51,741 nucleotides of DNA, taken from an uncultured Bacilli bacterium (GTDB lineage: Bacteria > Bacillota_I > Bacilli_A > RF39 > UBA660). The notes under the pieces were generated by a model. The model was not told the DNA's origin. It was given only the letters and a program-made list of their open reading frames with translations, and made no database searches. Shown one piece after another: positions 16,738-26,185 of the stretch. The stretch's first letter is position 1; each line of letters begins with the position of its first letter. The stretch is taken from positions 1 through 51,741 of the forward strand of contig CAJFVY010000018.1 in NCBI GenBank assembly GCA_904420615.1, in the 5' to 3' direction. A program made the translations under genes and the position numbers.

Positions 16738-19365
16738 TTATTTATCTTTAAATATTCTTACTAATAGTGGTTTTATTAATTCTAATAAGAAGAAGCATAA
16801 AATATTAGCAATAACAACAAATATAAAATCAGAAATACGAATAGCTTCTAATGAGAAAATTTGACCAATTGGAGTTAAAAATACTAGTAACTGTACTACT
16901 AATAATATCATAATACCAATATTTAAATGTTTATTAGTAAAAACTCCTCTTTCACTAATCTGTTCTTTTAAAGAGCGACAATTATAAGCAAAAACAAATT
17001 CATTAATTACAATACTAAGTAAAGCTAAAGTTTGAGCAACAGAAATAGTACTTACTCCTCTAAAAAGGAAATAGATAAACATAGAAATACCTGTTTCTAT
17101 AATGACTGATGTAATTAAAAATGATAAGAAAAATGGTGTAAAGATAGGTTTGTTTAAACCATTTGGATATTTTTTCATATTATTTTTAGAGGCTCGCTCA
17201 AAAGCAAGAGCAATTGATGGTATAGTATCTGCTACTAAATCGATATATAAAACATGAAGTGGTAAAATAATATTTTGACTCAAGAATATGCCAATTATAA
17301 TAATTAATATTTCAGTAAAATTACTAGATAAGTTATATAAAACATTACTAACAACATTATCATAAATTCTACGTCCTTCATCTACTGCTGTTACAATAGT
17401 GGAAAAGCTATCATCTAGTAAGATAATATCAGCAACATTTTTAGTAACATCAGTACCTGTCTTACCCATGCCAACACCAACACTAGCAAGTTTCATAGCA
17501 GGAGCATCATTTACACCATCCCCTGTCATCGCTACTACTTTACCTTGCCGTTTTAATTCTTCAATAATCATATATTTATGTTCTGGACTAACTCTAGCAA
17601 AGACATTATTTTTCTTAATACATGCTCTTAATTGTTTCGTAGACATTTGATCTAAGCTACTACCTTCTACTCCCTCATCATCTGATGTAATAATCCCTAC
17701 TTCCTTAGCAATTGCTAAAGCAGTATCTAAATTATCACCAGTAATCATAATTGTTCTAATATGGGCCTCTTTACATTTACTGATAGCTTCTTTTACATCT
17801 TTTCTAGCTGGGTCCTTTAATCCAATTAACCCAACTAAAATAAGATTATCTTCCTCTTTTAAATAAGCATCATCATTTTCTTTTAGTGCACTTAACTCTT
17901 TATAACCTAAAGCAATTACTTTTAAAGCATCTTTAGACATATTAGCTTCAGCTTCTTTTAAAGCTTTTTTATCTTTAGCTGTTATCTTTCTTACTTTATT
18001 ATTAATTAATATCTTACTACATTTATCTATCATAGATGATAACCCACCCTTAGTTAGTATGTAGTTTTTATGATTAATCTCATTAATAGTACTCATCATT
18101 TTACGATTAGAATCAAAAGGTAGTTCCATGATACGAGCATACTTACTATCATACTGTTCCTTTCTAACACCAGAAACTTGTAAATAATTTGATAAAGCTA
18201 CTTCTAGAGAATCACCATAATATTGATTCTTTTTATCAAGAGTACTATTATTACAAAGTGCCATAATATGAAAAAATTGTTCATTTTCCTCTTTTTTTAA
18301 TTCTTTAGGTAAAACAAAATCCTGATTAACATAAAATTTCATAACTTCCATTTGATTCGTAGTAATGGTACCCGTTTTATCTGAACAAATGATTTCTGTA
18401 GCTCCTAAAGTCTCAATAGCTGCCATATTTCGTACAATAGACTTCTTTTTAGCCATTTGACTAACTCCAATTGATAAGGTCGCTGTTATAGCAATTGGTA
18501 AACATTCAGGAACAGAAGCTACAATCATAGAAATACAAAGCATAACTACGGTTAAAACATCATAATCATAGATAACTCCCATGGCTAAAACAAATACTAC
18601 TAAGAAGATCGCCACAGTTGAAATAAAACTACTAATCTTTTTAACTTTTACTTCTAAAGGAGTAATGGGATCAGCACTCTTAGTTAGTGTTTTCGCAATT
18701 TTACCCATTTCTGTATCCATACCTGTTCTAACTACTACTGCTTCCATTTTACCAGTAACCACACTAGTACCTGCAAAGACCATATTATTCATCTCATGAA
18801 TAGCCTTCTTACCAGATAATAAGTCATTTTCTTTCACTACTTGATTACTTTCACCAGTTAAGATTGCTTCATCTACTTTTGCAAAATAACTTTCTAGAAT
18901 TCTAGCATCTGCAACAACTTGATCACCTGCTTCTAAAACTAAAATATCACCAACTACTACGTCTTTTGAATTTACTTCCATTAATCTATTATCTCTTCTA
19001 ACTGTTACCATAGTAGCAGTATATTTTTTTAATTTCTCTACAGCATCTTCTGCTTTACTTTCTTGTAAATATCCCATAAATACATTTACTAAAGTTGTAC
19101 CAATGATAACAATTGGATCTAAATAATCCCCATCTGTAAAAATGGTATAAATCAAAGATAATATACCAACAACTAGTAATAAAATAATCATTAGATTATT
19201 AAATTGTCCTAAAAAAATACGTAGTTTTGATTTCTTTTTCCCATCTTCAATTATATTTAATCCATATTTTTCTTTTCTCATCTTTACTTCACTACTTGAT
19301 AATCCCTCAGAAGTAGTTTTTAAAGACTTAAATATTTCTTCAATGGTATTATTGTAAAAGTTCAT
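16738..19365 (-). CDS. P-type cation-transporting ATPase, Ca2+ (P2A/YloB-like) type
   Basis: 875 aa. LTGES actuator motif, phosphorylation site CSDKTGTITTN, TM4 VPECLP, hinge MTGDGVNDAPAMK, and about 10 TM helices. Confidence 0.85.
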   Translation of the reverse strand: MNFYNNTIEEIFKSLKTTSEGLSSSEVKMRKEKYGLNIIEDGKKKSKLRIFLGQFNNLMIILLLVVGILSLIYTIFTDGDYLDPIVIIGTTLVNVFMGYLQESKAEDAVEKLKKYTATMVTVRRDNRLMEVNSKDVVVGDILVLEAGDQVVADARILESYFAKVDEAILTGESNQVVKENDLLSGKKAIHEMNNMVFAGTSVVTGKMEAVVVRTGMDTEMGKIAKTLTKSADPITPLEVKVKKISSFISTVAIFLVVFVLAMGVIYDYDVLTVVMLCISMIVASVPECLPIAITATLSIGVSQMAKKKSIVRNMAAIETLGATEIICSDKTGTITTNQMEVMKFYVNQDFVLPKELKKEENEQFFHIMALCNNSTLDKKNQYYGDSLEVALSNYLQVSGVRKEQYDSKYARIMELPFDSNRKMMSTINEINHKNYILTKGGLSSMIDKCSKILINNKVRKITAKDKKALKEAEANMSKDALKVIALGYKELSALKENDDAYLKEEDNLILVGLIGLKDPARKDVKEAISKCKEAHIRTIMITGDNLDTALAIAKEVGIITSDDEGVEGSSLDQMSTKQLRACIKKNNVFARVSPEHKYMIIEELKRQGKVVAMTGDGVNDAPAMKLASVGVGMGKTGTDVTKNVADIILLDDSFSTIVTAVDEGRRIYDNVVSNVLYNLSSNFTEILIIIIGIFLSQNIILPLHVLYIDLVADTIPSIALAFERASKNNMKKYPNGLNKPIFTPFFLSFLITSVIIETGISMFIYFLFRGVSTISVAQTLALLSIVINEFVFAYNCRSLKEQISERGVFTNKHLNIGIMILLVVQLLVFLTPIGQIFSLEAIRISDFIFVVIANILCFFLLELIKPLLVRIFKDK

Positions 19366-19437
19366 ATCATCACCCTATTATAACTATACCATAAATCAAA
19401 CAATACCAAAACCTATATTCTAAAGTTATTTAGAATA

Positions 19438-19463
19438 GAAAAAAAAGTAATGTCAACCATTAC
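19438..19463 (-). terminator. Rho-independent terminator closing the 23-gene operon
   Basis: On the minus strand, AGTAATG-GTTGA-CATTACT is followed by T8. It lies immediately after the stop at 19470. Confidence 0.65.
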
Positions 19464-19469
19464 TCTTCT

Positions 19470-20672
19470 TTATCTTAAGTGATATGGATTTTCACTACTT
19501 CCATCTCCTGATTCTATCATAACTTGGCTACCCAACATAATTGTTGGCCTAATACCATAATAGTTAATGGCAGAATTAAGATTAACATATCCACCACCAC
19601 TGACATAATATACACCATATGTATTTTCAGTAGAAGCTGTCATTAACCACCAATTAGTAGAAACATTAGAACTCAAATAATTATAATTTTGACATACTCG
19701 ATCAGTAGTAGCATGACAGTTAAGATCACTTGAGGCATTTAGATAATCACTTACTGTTAGTAAACCAATCATTTGATTTGGCATAGTAGAAGCACATTCT
19801 ACTGTATTTGTATTATTAGTCTCTTGTTCACTTCTTTTACCCATACATAAATCATATGGTACTAGTTTTTCTTTATCATTATCACTTAAAAACTCCATAG
19901 ATCCTATTTGTCCTGTTTTATATATCTCTTGTAAATAATCATATATACGGCTGACATCAAAGCTATTAATACCAACATTGCTATTTGCTTCTGTATTGTA
20001 ACGATCATCCCAGGTATAAGTTAAATATTGATTACGATTAAATTCTGGTATTATTAATACTTCATGATCTGCTGTTACTTTAACAATCCTAAATAATTGA
20101 TTGTCTAATTGAACATAGTTATTAACATTTTCACCACGAAATACATATTCACCATTCATTTGGTATAAGCCATCACCAGTTGCAACAGTATCCTGATCTA
20201 TAACTGCTTGATATAATTCCTTAGTAACATAGTTAGTTCCGCATTCCAAATACGGAGTATAGCGATACTCACCATTCACTAATTCTACAACTACCGTTCC
20301 TTCACATTCATCGTCTTTACGTAATTTGGATAAGGGGTCCATAAAACCATTATCTGCTAAAGTATCTGCTGATACCTCGGCTGAATTTCCTTCTTCATCT
20401 GGAAGAAAGGATTCATTTTCTTCATAATACTTTATAGCGGCATTTTTCATTCTATTTTCTATTTCTTGATAAGATAAATTACTACCACCAATAGCTCTTA
20501 CAAGAAAAACAATCAAAAATATTACAATCAAAAGCACTGCTAAAGCAGCAATCATAAATAGCATTTTCTTTCTTAATTGATCTTGATTGCTATTAGTATG
20601 CTTTGTTGGAATTTGTTGTTCTTCTGTCTGATTTTCAGATAGTGCTTTTTTCCCTTTATTCATAAAATTCAT
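19470..20672 (-). CDS. N-terminally anchored surface protein, paralogue of ORF 42436-44289
   Basis: 400 aa with a single TM (MLFMIAALAVLLIVIFLIVFLV). Shares an N-module (YYEENESFLPDEEG...YLECG) and a domain (NNYVQLDNQLFRIVKV...ENPY) with the 617-aa protein. Confidence 0.6.
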   Translation of the reverse strand: MNFMNKGKKALSENQTEEQQIPTKHTNSNQDQLRKKMLFMIAALAVLLIVIFLIVFLVRAIGGSNLSYQEIENRMKNAAIKYYEENESFLPDEEGNSAEVSADTLADNGFMDPLSKLRKDDECEGTVVVELVNGEYRYTPYLECGTNYVTKELYQAVIDQDTVATGDGLYQMNGEYVFRGENVNNYVQLDNQLFRIVKVTADHEVLIIPEFNRNQYLTYTWDDRYNTEANSNVGINSFDVSRIYDYLQEIYKTGQIGSMEFLSDNDKEKLVPYDLCMGKRSEQETNNTNTVECASTMPNQMIGLLTVSDYLNASSDLNCHATTDRVCQNYNYLSSNVSTNWWLMTASTENTYGVYYVSGGGYVNLNSAINYYGIRPTIMLGSQVMIESGDGSSENPYHLR

Positions 20673-20688
20673 TTTTACCCCTCACCTT

Positions 20689-22845
20689 CTATTCGTCAAA
20701 GAAATCATCGAAAAAGTCATCGTCATCCCCATCATCATCAAGATCAAGTACTACTTCTTTTTTCTTATTATCTTTATTATCCATATCCACTACTTTAGGA
20801 ATATCACTCTTAATACTTGTAACCTCTTTATCAAGAACTGTATTTTGAGGTTTCAACTTAGCTTCTTCTTCTTTATTACGTTTTTCTTCTTCTTCTAATT
20901 CTGCTATCTTAGCATCAATTTTTCTTACTAAAGCATCAACATCAAAAGCAGGTGCTTCTTCTTTTGGTGCTTGTTTCATCTTCGAATTATCTAATAATGG
21001 ATTCATAGTTGGAGTTTTTCCTTCGTTCATATTACGCTCTAATAAATCTGGTGGAATAAATGTTGGAGGTGTTGGAAAGCCAAAGGAACCTCCTTGATTA
21101 TTAGGAACAGGATTACTATTCATCATATCGATTAATTTCTTTTTCTTTTGCTCTTTTACAAAGGCTTTTACATCAAAAGTATGTACAGGTTGTTTTTCAC
21201 GTTCTATGAAGGTTGCTTTAGGATATTTCTTTCCCCAATCAATTTTCCAATCAGGTGTTCTATGCGTTTTAAAAGGTTGTTTTCGTAATCGTAAAATGAT
21301 ACAATCATTTTCTTTCATTCTTTGTAAGTCAGATACCGTAACTAGAGGTGTAGATGCTGTTTTATCATCTTTTTTACTTTTTACTTCTCCACACATCTTA
21401 GAGATTTCTTCAAGAGCTGCTAATTCTGCAGAGATCAAATAAATAATATTACCACAGTTACCACGAATTGTTTCTGCATCTTCTTTACCATATACTTGAT
21501 TTAATTGAGCATAGTTCTGAATAATCATCGTAAAACGAATATGTCTACTTCTTGCTGCTGTGATCATCGTTGTCATATCCTTTAATTTAGGCATGTTAGC
21601 AAACTCATCTAGCAAAAAATTAGTACGAACTGGTAGTTCTCCACCATTTTCTTGAGCTACATCAATTAAAGTTTCATAACATTGTTTCAAAAGAATTGTA
21701 ACCAATGGATGATAGGTTGTCTTTTCGTCTTGAATAACAATAAATAAAGCTGTTTTACGTCTTCCAATATCACCTAATTCTAAATCGCTATGACTTAACA
21801 TTTCAGATAAATTTTCACGTGATGCAAATAATTTTATTTTTTGTCTAAAGACAGATAAAATAGAACCTTTTGTTTCAGATGGTGCGGATATTGTAGCAGA
21901 TGCATTAATAGCGGCAGGACTAGATGGATCTTTCTCTTGAAAATATTCCTTAATATAAGTACTACCACCAAATTTTTCTTCTCCTACCGTAGTCATCAAA
22001 CTAATACTATTAATATTAATTTCTTCTTCTTTGGCATCTTCAAATAAGCCTAATGCCACACCTGAAAAATAGTCAGCTGATGTTTTTTCCCAGAAAGGAT
22101 CTGCATTAGTATTGGAAGCATCATATAAAATATTAAGAGCTAAGTCATCTAAAAGCTCAATTGCTTTATCTTGATTACCATTCTTATACATCTTATATGG
22201 AATAGCAAGTGGATTCCAACCACTACCACTCTGTGGATTACGAAAGTTTAATACTTGTACATCATATCCTTTTTCTCTTAACATGGAAGCAGTCTTTTCA
22301 TAAATTTCACCTTTCGGATCGGTAACAATCATAGATTCTCCAGCTTTAGCTAATAACTTAACTGTTGGCAAAATAACTGTCTGAGTCTTACCGGAACCAG
22401 TAGCACCAATTACAATTGTATGATATTCACCTGAATCCACCCATGCCTCATTTTCATTTAAAATTAAAGGAACTCCTCCAGCACTAGCTGTGGCATCTTT
22501 AATAGGAACCATCTTTAATTCTTCTTTTATTTCCTTATCTTTAGCCCATCTAGAATATCCCTTGTCTTTCTTTTCAGTTGAAAATCCTATTCCCTTTTCC
22601 ATCTCAAAAAAGTAAGACTTAACACTAATCAACAAACCTACTATTGCAACTAAATAAACTAGAATTGTAATCCATATAAATTGTGGTGTAAAGGCAGGAA
22701 AAGGATTAAACCCACTAAAGGTACCTTCAGTTGCGAAACTATGTAAATTCACAATAGCAAGAGCTACAATGTATAAAAGAAAAATAGCAAATACAACAAA
22801 AGTAATAATATCATCTTTGTCTGCTCTAAATTTTAATTTCATCAA
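20689..22845 (-). CDS. virD4: VirD4/TraG-family type IV coupling protein
   Basis: 718 aa. Two N-terminal TM helices, Walker A VIGATGSGKTQ, TDPKGE motif, Walker B FLLDEFANMP. Long Lys/Glu-rich linker ending in DDDGDDDDFFDDFFDE. Confidence 0.85.
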   Translation of the reverse strand: MMKLKFRADKDDIITFVVFAIFLLYIVALAIVNLHSFATEGTFSGFNPFPAFTPQFIWITILVYLVAIVGLLISVKSYFFEMEKGIGFSTEKKDKGYSRWAKDKEIKEELKMVPIKDATASAGGVPLILNENEAWVDSGEYHTIVIGATGSGKTQTVILPTVKLLAKAGESMIVTDPKGEIYEKTASMLREKGYDVQVLNFRNPQSGSGWNPLAIPYKMYKNGNQDKAIELLDDLALNILYDASNTNADPFWEKTSADYFSGVALGLFEDAKEEEININSISLMTTVGEEKFGGSTYIKEYFQEKDPSSPAAINASATISAPSETKGSILSVFRQKIKLFASRENLSEMLSHSDLELGDIGRRKTALFIVIQDEKTTYHPLVTILLKQCYETLIDVAQENGGELPVRTNFLLDEFANMPKLKDMTTMITAARSRHIRFTMIIQNYAQLNQVYGKEDAETIRGNCGNIIYLISAELAALEEISKMCGEVKSKKDDKTASTPLVTVSDLQRMKENDCIILRLRKQPFKTHRTPDWKIDWGKKYPKATFIEREKQPVHTFDVKAFVKEQKKKKLIDMMNSNPVPNNQGGSFGFPTPPTFIPPDLLERNMNEGKTPTMNPLLDNSKMKQAPKEEAPAFDVDALVRKIDAKIAELEEEEKRNKEEEAKLKPQNTVLDKEVTSIKSDIPKVVDMDNKDNKKKEVVLDLDDDGDDDDFFDDFFDE

Positions 22846-22848
22846 ACA

Positions 22849-23373
22849 TCACCCCGTAATATTAGAATCATATGATACACTATAAACCATAATCCCTTTT
22901 TCTAAAAAGGTATAATGTATTCCATTCGCAGTTATTATATCATACTGAACAAGGTTTTGTGAACTATTTCTTTCAGTAGTATATCCAGTTATTTGTAATG
23001 CATTGGGAGTAGCTAAAATCATAGAAGCAAAAGATGAAAAATCGTCTAAAGTAATATCATTTTCTTCTACAAAAGAAGAATCTAATAATTGATAAGCTTC
23101 ATTTATATCTTCAAACATCATATTATAAAAATCATTTAAGTAAATACTTGCCATTTGTTGATCTGATAATTCAACATTAACATACTCATTAGAATCGTAC
23201 TCTCTATTTACTATATAATCACTAGCATTGCCATTTGTTAAATCAATTAAATATTGTGAATAATATGGATCATCAGAAAGAGAATCACGATTTACTACAA
23301 AATAAACAATACCAATAATGATTAATCCAATTACTATAAATAGAAATAAAACTTTAATTTGTTGCTTGTTCAT
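22849..23373 (-). CDS. Membrane-anchored protein, possible VirB8-like (NTF2-like) component
   Basis: 174 aa with one N-terminal TM and a ~140-aa ectodomain. Paralogous segment YQLLDSSFVEENDITLDDF versus LTILTPQYVEDNSITEQNI in the neighbouring gene. The assignment rests on position and size only. Confidence 0.35.
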   Translation of the reverse strand: MNKQQIKVLFLFIVIGLIIIGIVYFVVNRDSLSDDPYYSQYLIDLTNGNASDYIVNREYDSNEYVNVELSDQQMASIYLNDFYNMMFEDINEAYQLLDSSFVEENDITLDDFSSFASMILATPNALQITGYTTERNSSQNLVQYDIITANGIHYTFLEKGIMVYSVSYDSNITG

Positions 23374-23881
23374 TTTTTACCTCCTCAAAAATTTCAGAAG
23401 TAGAAGGATTAATAGAAAATGTAAGCATCTGTTCATTCAAAGTAACAGAATAGTAAGTATCTCTTTTATTAGTGTTCATAGAATTAAAGCTATCCTCAGT
23501 AATCCATCCATAAATTTCATAGCGATAAATATCATCGCCAAGATCTATCTGATACATCTCACGTGCTGAAAAAGTATAATTGTTAATGGTTGGTAATTGA
23601 TCTAAGAATGTATAAATATTTTGTTCTGTAATAGAATTATCTTCTACATATTGTGGAGTCAAAATAGTTAGCAATTCCTCCGTACTTTCACTTTGTAAAT
23701 AAGTAATATATTTATTTACACAACCAGATACTGTAAAAAAACGAGAAGCATCTGTTACAATAGTTGGTCTTGATATAGATGTTCCACTATTTTCTATAAT
23801 CTGCAAAAGAATAAAAAGTAAAGCCGCTACAATAACACCAAATGCTATTAATATTTTTTTAGATATATAAACTCCATTCAT
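23354..23881 (-). CDS. Membrane-anchored protein, possible VirB8-like (NTF2-like) component
   Basis: 175 aa with the same architecture as ORF 22849-23373. The two overlap by 20 nt. Confidence 0.35.
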   Translation of the reverse strand: MNGVYISKKILIAFGVIVAALLFILLQIIENSGTSISRPTIVTDASRFFTVSGCVNKYITYLQSESTEELLTILTPQYVEDNSITEQNIYTFLDQLPTINNYTFSAREMYQIDLGDDIYRYEIYGWITEDSFNSMNTNKRDTYYSVTLNEQMLTFSINPSTSEIFEEVKNEQATN

Positions 23882-23892
23882 TCTTTCGCCTC

Positions 23893-26151
23893 CTATAGAC
23901 CAAAAATATTATAACGAAACTCTCGTTTTTGATTTAATTGCCAAGCCGTATAATCATTTTGTTCACAGACAGTTGTTCTTGATGATTCCGGACAAGAAGA
24001 AGCTGTACAAACGGACTTATCATCACAATATCCTGCTCCATACACAAGATTTAGTGCATAACATCCGCCACTTCCACTGCTTCCTGGAAATTCACGATAA
24101 GTTCCAACCCAAGAATAAACAGATTGCCAGCCTTCTAGTGTACCGGGCAAACCATGTCCAGCTGGATCACATCCAGCTGCTTCTCTTTCGTTATAGCGAT
24201 TCGTAATAGCTGCATCGTGAGAACCACCGGGTAAATAATCTTGCAAGGTTGCCGCAAAGCCTCTAATTCCTTCTTCAAAAGAACTATATTGTGCACCACT
24301 GCTACAACCTTCTCCATTTGCAATACCAATTCCCCAGTAATTATATCCACAAGTGCTACGCCAACCTTGTTCTGTTCCTGCTGTTACGACTACTAATTCG
24401 GGATTGACATTATTATCTAGTGAAATATCGTAAATTTCTCCAGCATGAGCAGAAAAGTTATTACAAAATGCGGTATTTCCATTAGTATTACAGTAATTTT
24501 CCATCTTAGCTATAAACTCTGCTCTTGAAAGCGATGTTGAAGTAAGAGACCAACCACCACTTGACATTGGTCTTGGATTATCGGGATCTATATAATTTAA
24601 TGGATCAACAGCTGCAGTACCAAGATCTGCTCCTTCTCTGATTTCAAAATGTAAGTGTGTACCCGTTGATTGACCACTACTTCCCATTTTTGCAATAACC
24701 TGACCTTGCTTTACTGTATCTCCTGCTTTTACTAATATAGTTCCTTGGTGCAAATGGGCATAAACAGTATAATTACCATCACTATGTTGGATCGTAATAT
24801 AATTCCCAAATCCACTTCCACAATTTACATTGCCAAAAGATTGACAGGTATCCAATCCTAAAGCTGATGGTTTTACAACAACACCATCTTTAGCAGCAAT
24901 AACATTTACAACACCTGCTTCCGTAGTACCACCTAACAAATCAACTCCACGATGAGCTTCTGAATTTCCATTTACCGGATTTACTCTATTGGGTTGAAAC
25001 TGACTGCTAATAGCCACAGACGCTGGATCACCACTAGCAAACTCCACACCATTTTCTACTGTTGTCTCGCTACTACCTACTGGCCACCAATATAAATTGT
25101 TTTCAATGGAATTATAATTTTTATTTTGATCTTCCTCTGATGATATTGCCTCATTATAATTTTCAATATAATTTAAAGTTTCTTCAGAAATAAATGAATA
25201 ATATTCATCGCTTTGATCAGGAATTTTACCTTTATAATATTCTATTAAAGAATTAACAACATCATCATGATTAGAATCCGTAACCTGAAAATCATATTGC
25301 TCTAACAAATTTGCTAACTCTTGTATTTCTTCCTTAGTCATATCCTCATAACTAAACTCTTGATCATAACTATAGCGCATCACTACAACAGCTGCAGATA
25401 ACTGAGCTATGGATAATCTAGCATTGGAATTTGTATAAGCTGAAGCCACCTCATCTATTCTATCAATATAAGCTTGTTCTTCTTCTGAAGAAGCCTCGTA
25501 ATTTTCATCTGTAACTGCAGCAATAGGTGACAAGGCACTTGCATTGCTCCCTCCTACAGCAGTAACAGCAATTACTACAACTAATAGCAATAAAAGAAAG
25601 GGTCCTCCAAAAATAGGTAGCATTTTTATAGGATCAAAACTGCCTTTGCCAAATAATTTAAATTCTTGCTCTTGACCACTATCACTAGAACCATCCGTTT
25701 TTTTAGTACTACTCTTTCCTTTTTTCTTAGTAGCTTCCTCAGTAGCTTTTTCTTGGGCTACATTTTCAGCAGCCTTTTTACCAGCACTGGTAGCAGCATT
25801 TTGTATATTTTGCGTTAAATTAGCTCCTGATTTTGATTTAATCGAACCAAGTTTATTAGCCAAATCTGTGGCCCCAGAATCTTTTAATTTTTTAGTAACT
25901 TTACCAACACCAGGTACTTTATTTACCACTTTAGAAGCTGCACCTAAAGCTTTATCAACACCGGGTACTTTAGTAGCTACATCGACTACCTTACCTCCAA
26001 CACCGGGAGCTAAATAATCACCAGCAATTTTAGCTCCTGCTTTTAATGCATCTTTTGTTGCTTCTTTTTCTTCTGCTTTTTTTTGCTTACGATGAGCCTT
26101 ATATGTTGTATCAGGATCTAATTCTTGCTTGTTCTTATCCTTGTTAGCCAT
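23893..26151 (-). CDS. Membrane-anchored cell-wall hydrolase: M23 endopeptidase plus C-terminal glucosaminidase/lysozyme-like domain (VirB1 analogue)
   Basis: 752 aa. Lys-rich N-terminus with KVPGV(D/G)K repeats, and a TM (FGGPFLLLLLVVVIAVTAV). M23 motifs HRGVDL and GSSGQSTGTHLHFEI. C-terminal NPELVVVTAGTEQGW...NYWGIG. Confidence 0.75.
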   Translation of the reverse strand: MANKDKNKQELDPDTTYKAHRKQKKAEEKEATKDALKAGAKIAGDYLAPGVGGKVVDVATKVPGVDKALGAASKVVNKVPGVGKVTKKLKDSGATDLANKLGSIKSKSGANLTQNIQNAATSAGKKAAENVAQEKATEEATKKKGKSSTKKTDGSSDSGQEQEFKLFGKGSFDPIKMLPIFGGPFLLLLLVVVIAVTAVGGSNASALSPIAAVTDENYEASSEEEQAYIDRIDEVASAYTNSNARLSIAQLSAAVVVMRYSYDQEFSYEDMTKEEIQELANLLEQYDFQVTDSNHDDVVNSLIEYYKGKIPDQSDEYYSFISEETLNYIENYNEAISSEEDQNKNYNSIENNLYWWPVGSSETTVENGVEFASGDPASVAISSQFQPNRVNPVNGNSEAHRGVDLLGGTTEAGVVNVIAAKDGVVVKPSALGLDTCQSFGNVNCGSGFGNYITIQHSDGNYTVYAHLHQGTILVKAGDTVKQGQVIAKMGSSGQSTGTHLHFEIREGADLGTAAVDPLNYIDPDNPRPMSSGGWSLTSTSLSRAEFIAKMENYCNTNGNTAFCNNFSAHAGEIYDISLDNNVNPELVVVTAGTEQGWRSTCGYNYWGIGIANGEGCSSGAQYSSFEEGIRGFAATLQDYLPGGSHDAAITNRYNEREAAGCDPAGHGLPGTLEGWQSVYSWVGTYREFPGSSGSGGCYALNLVYGAGYCDDKSVCTASSCPESSRTTVCEQNDYTAWQLNQKREFRYNIFGL

Positions 26152-26185
26152 GATATCACCTACTTCATTACCTAATTAATCTATC

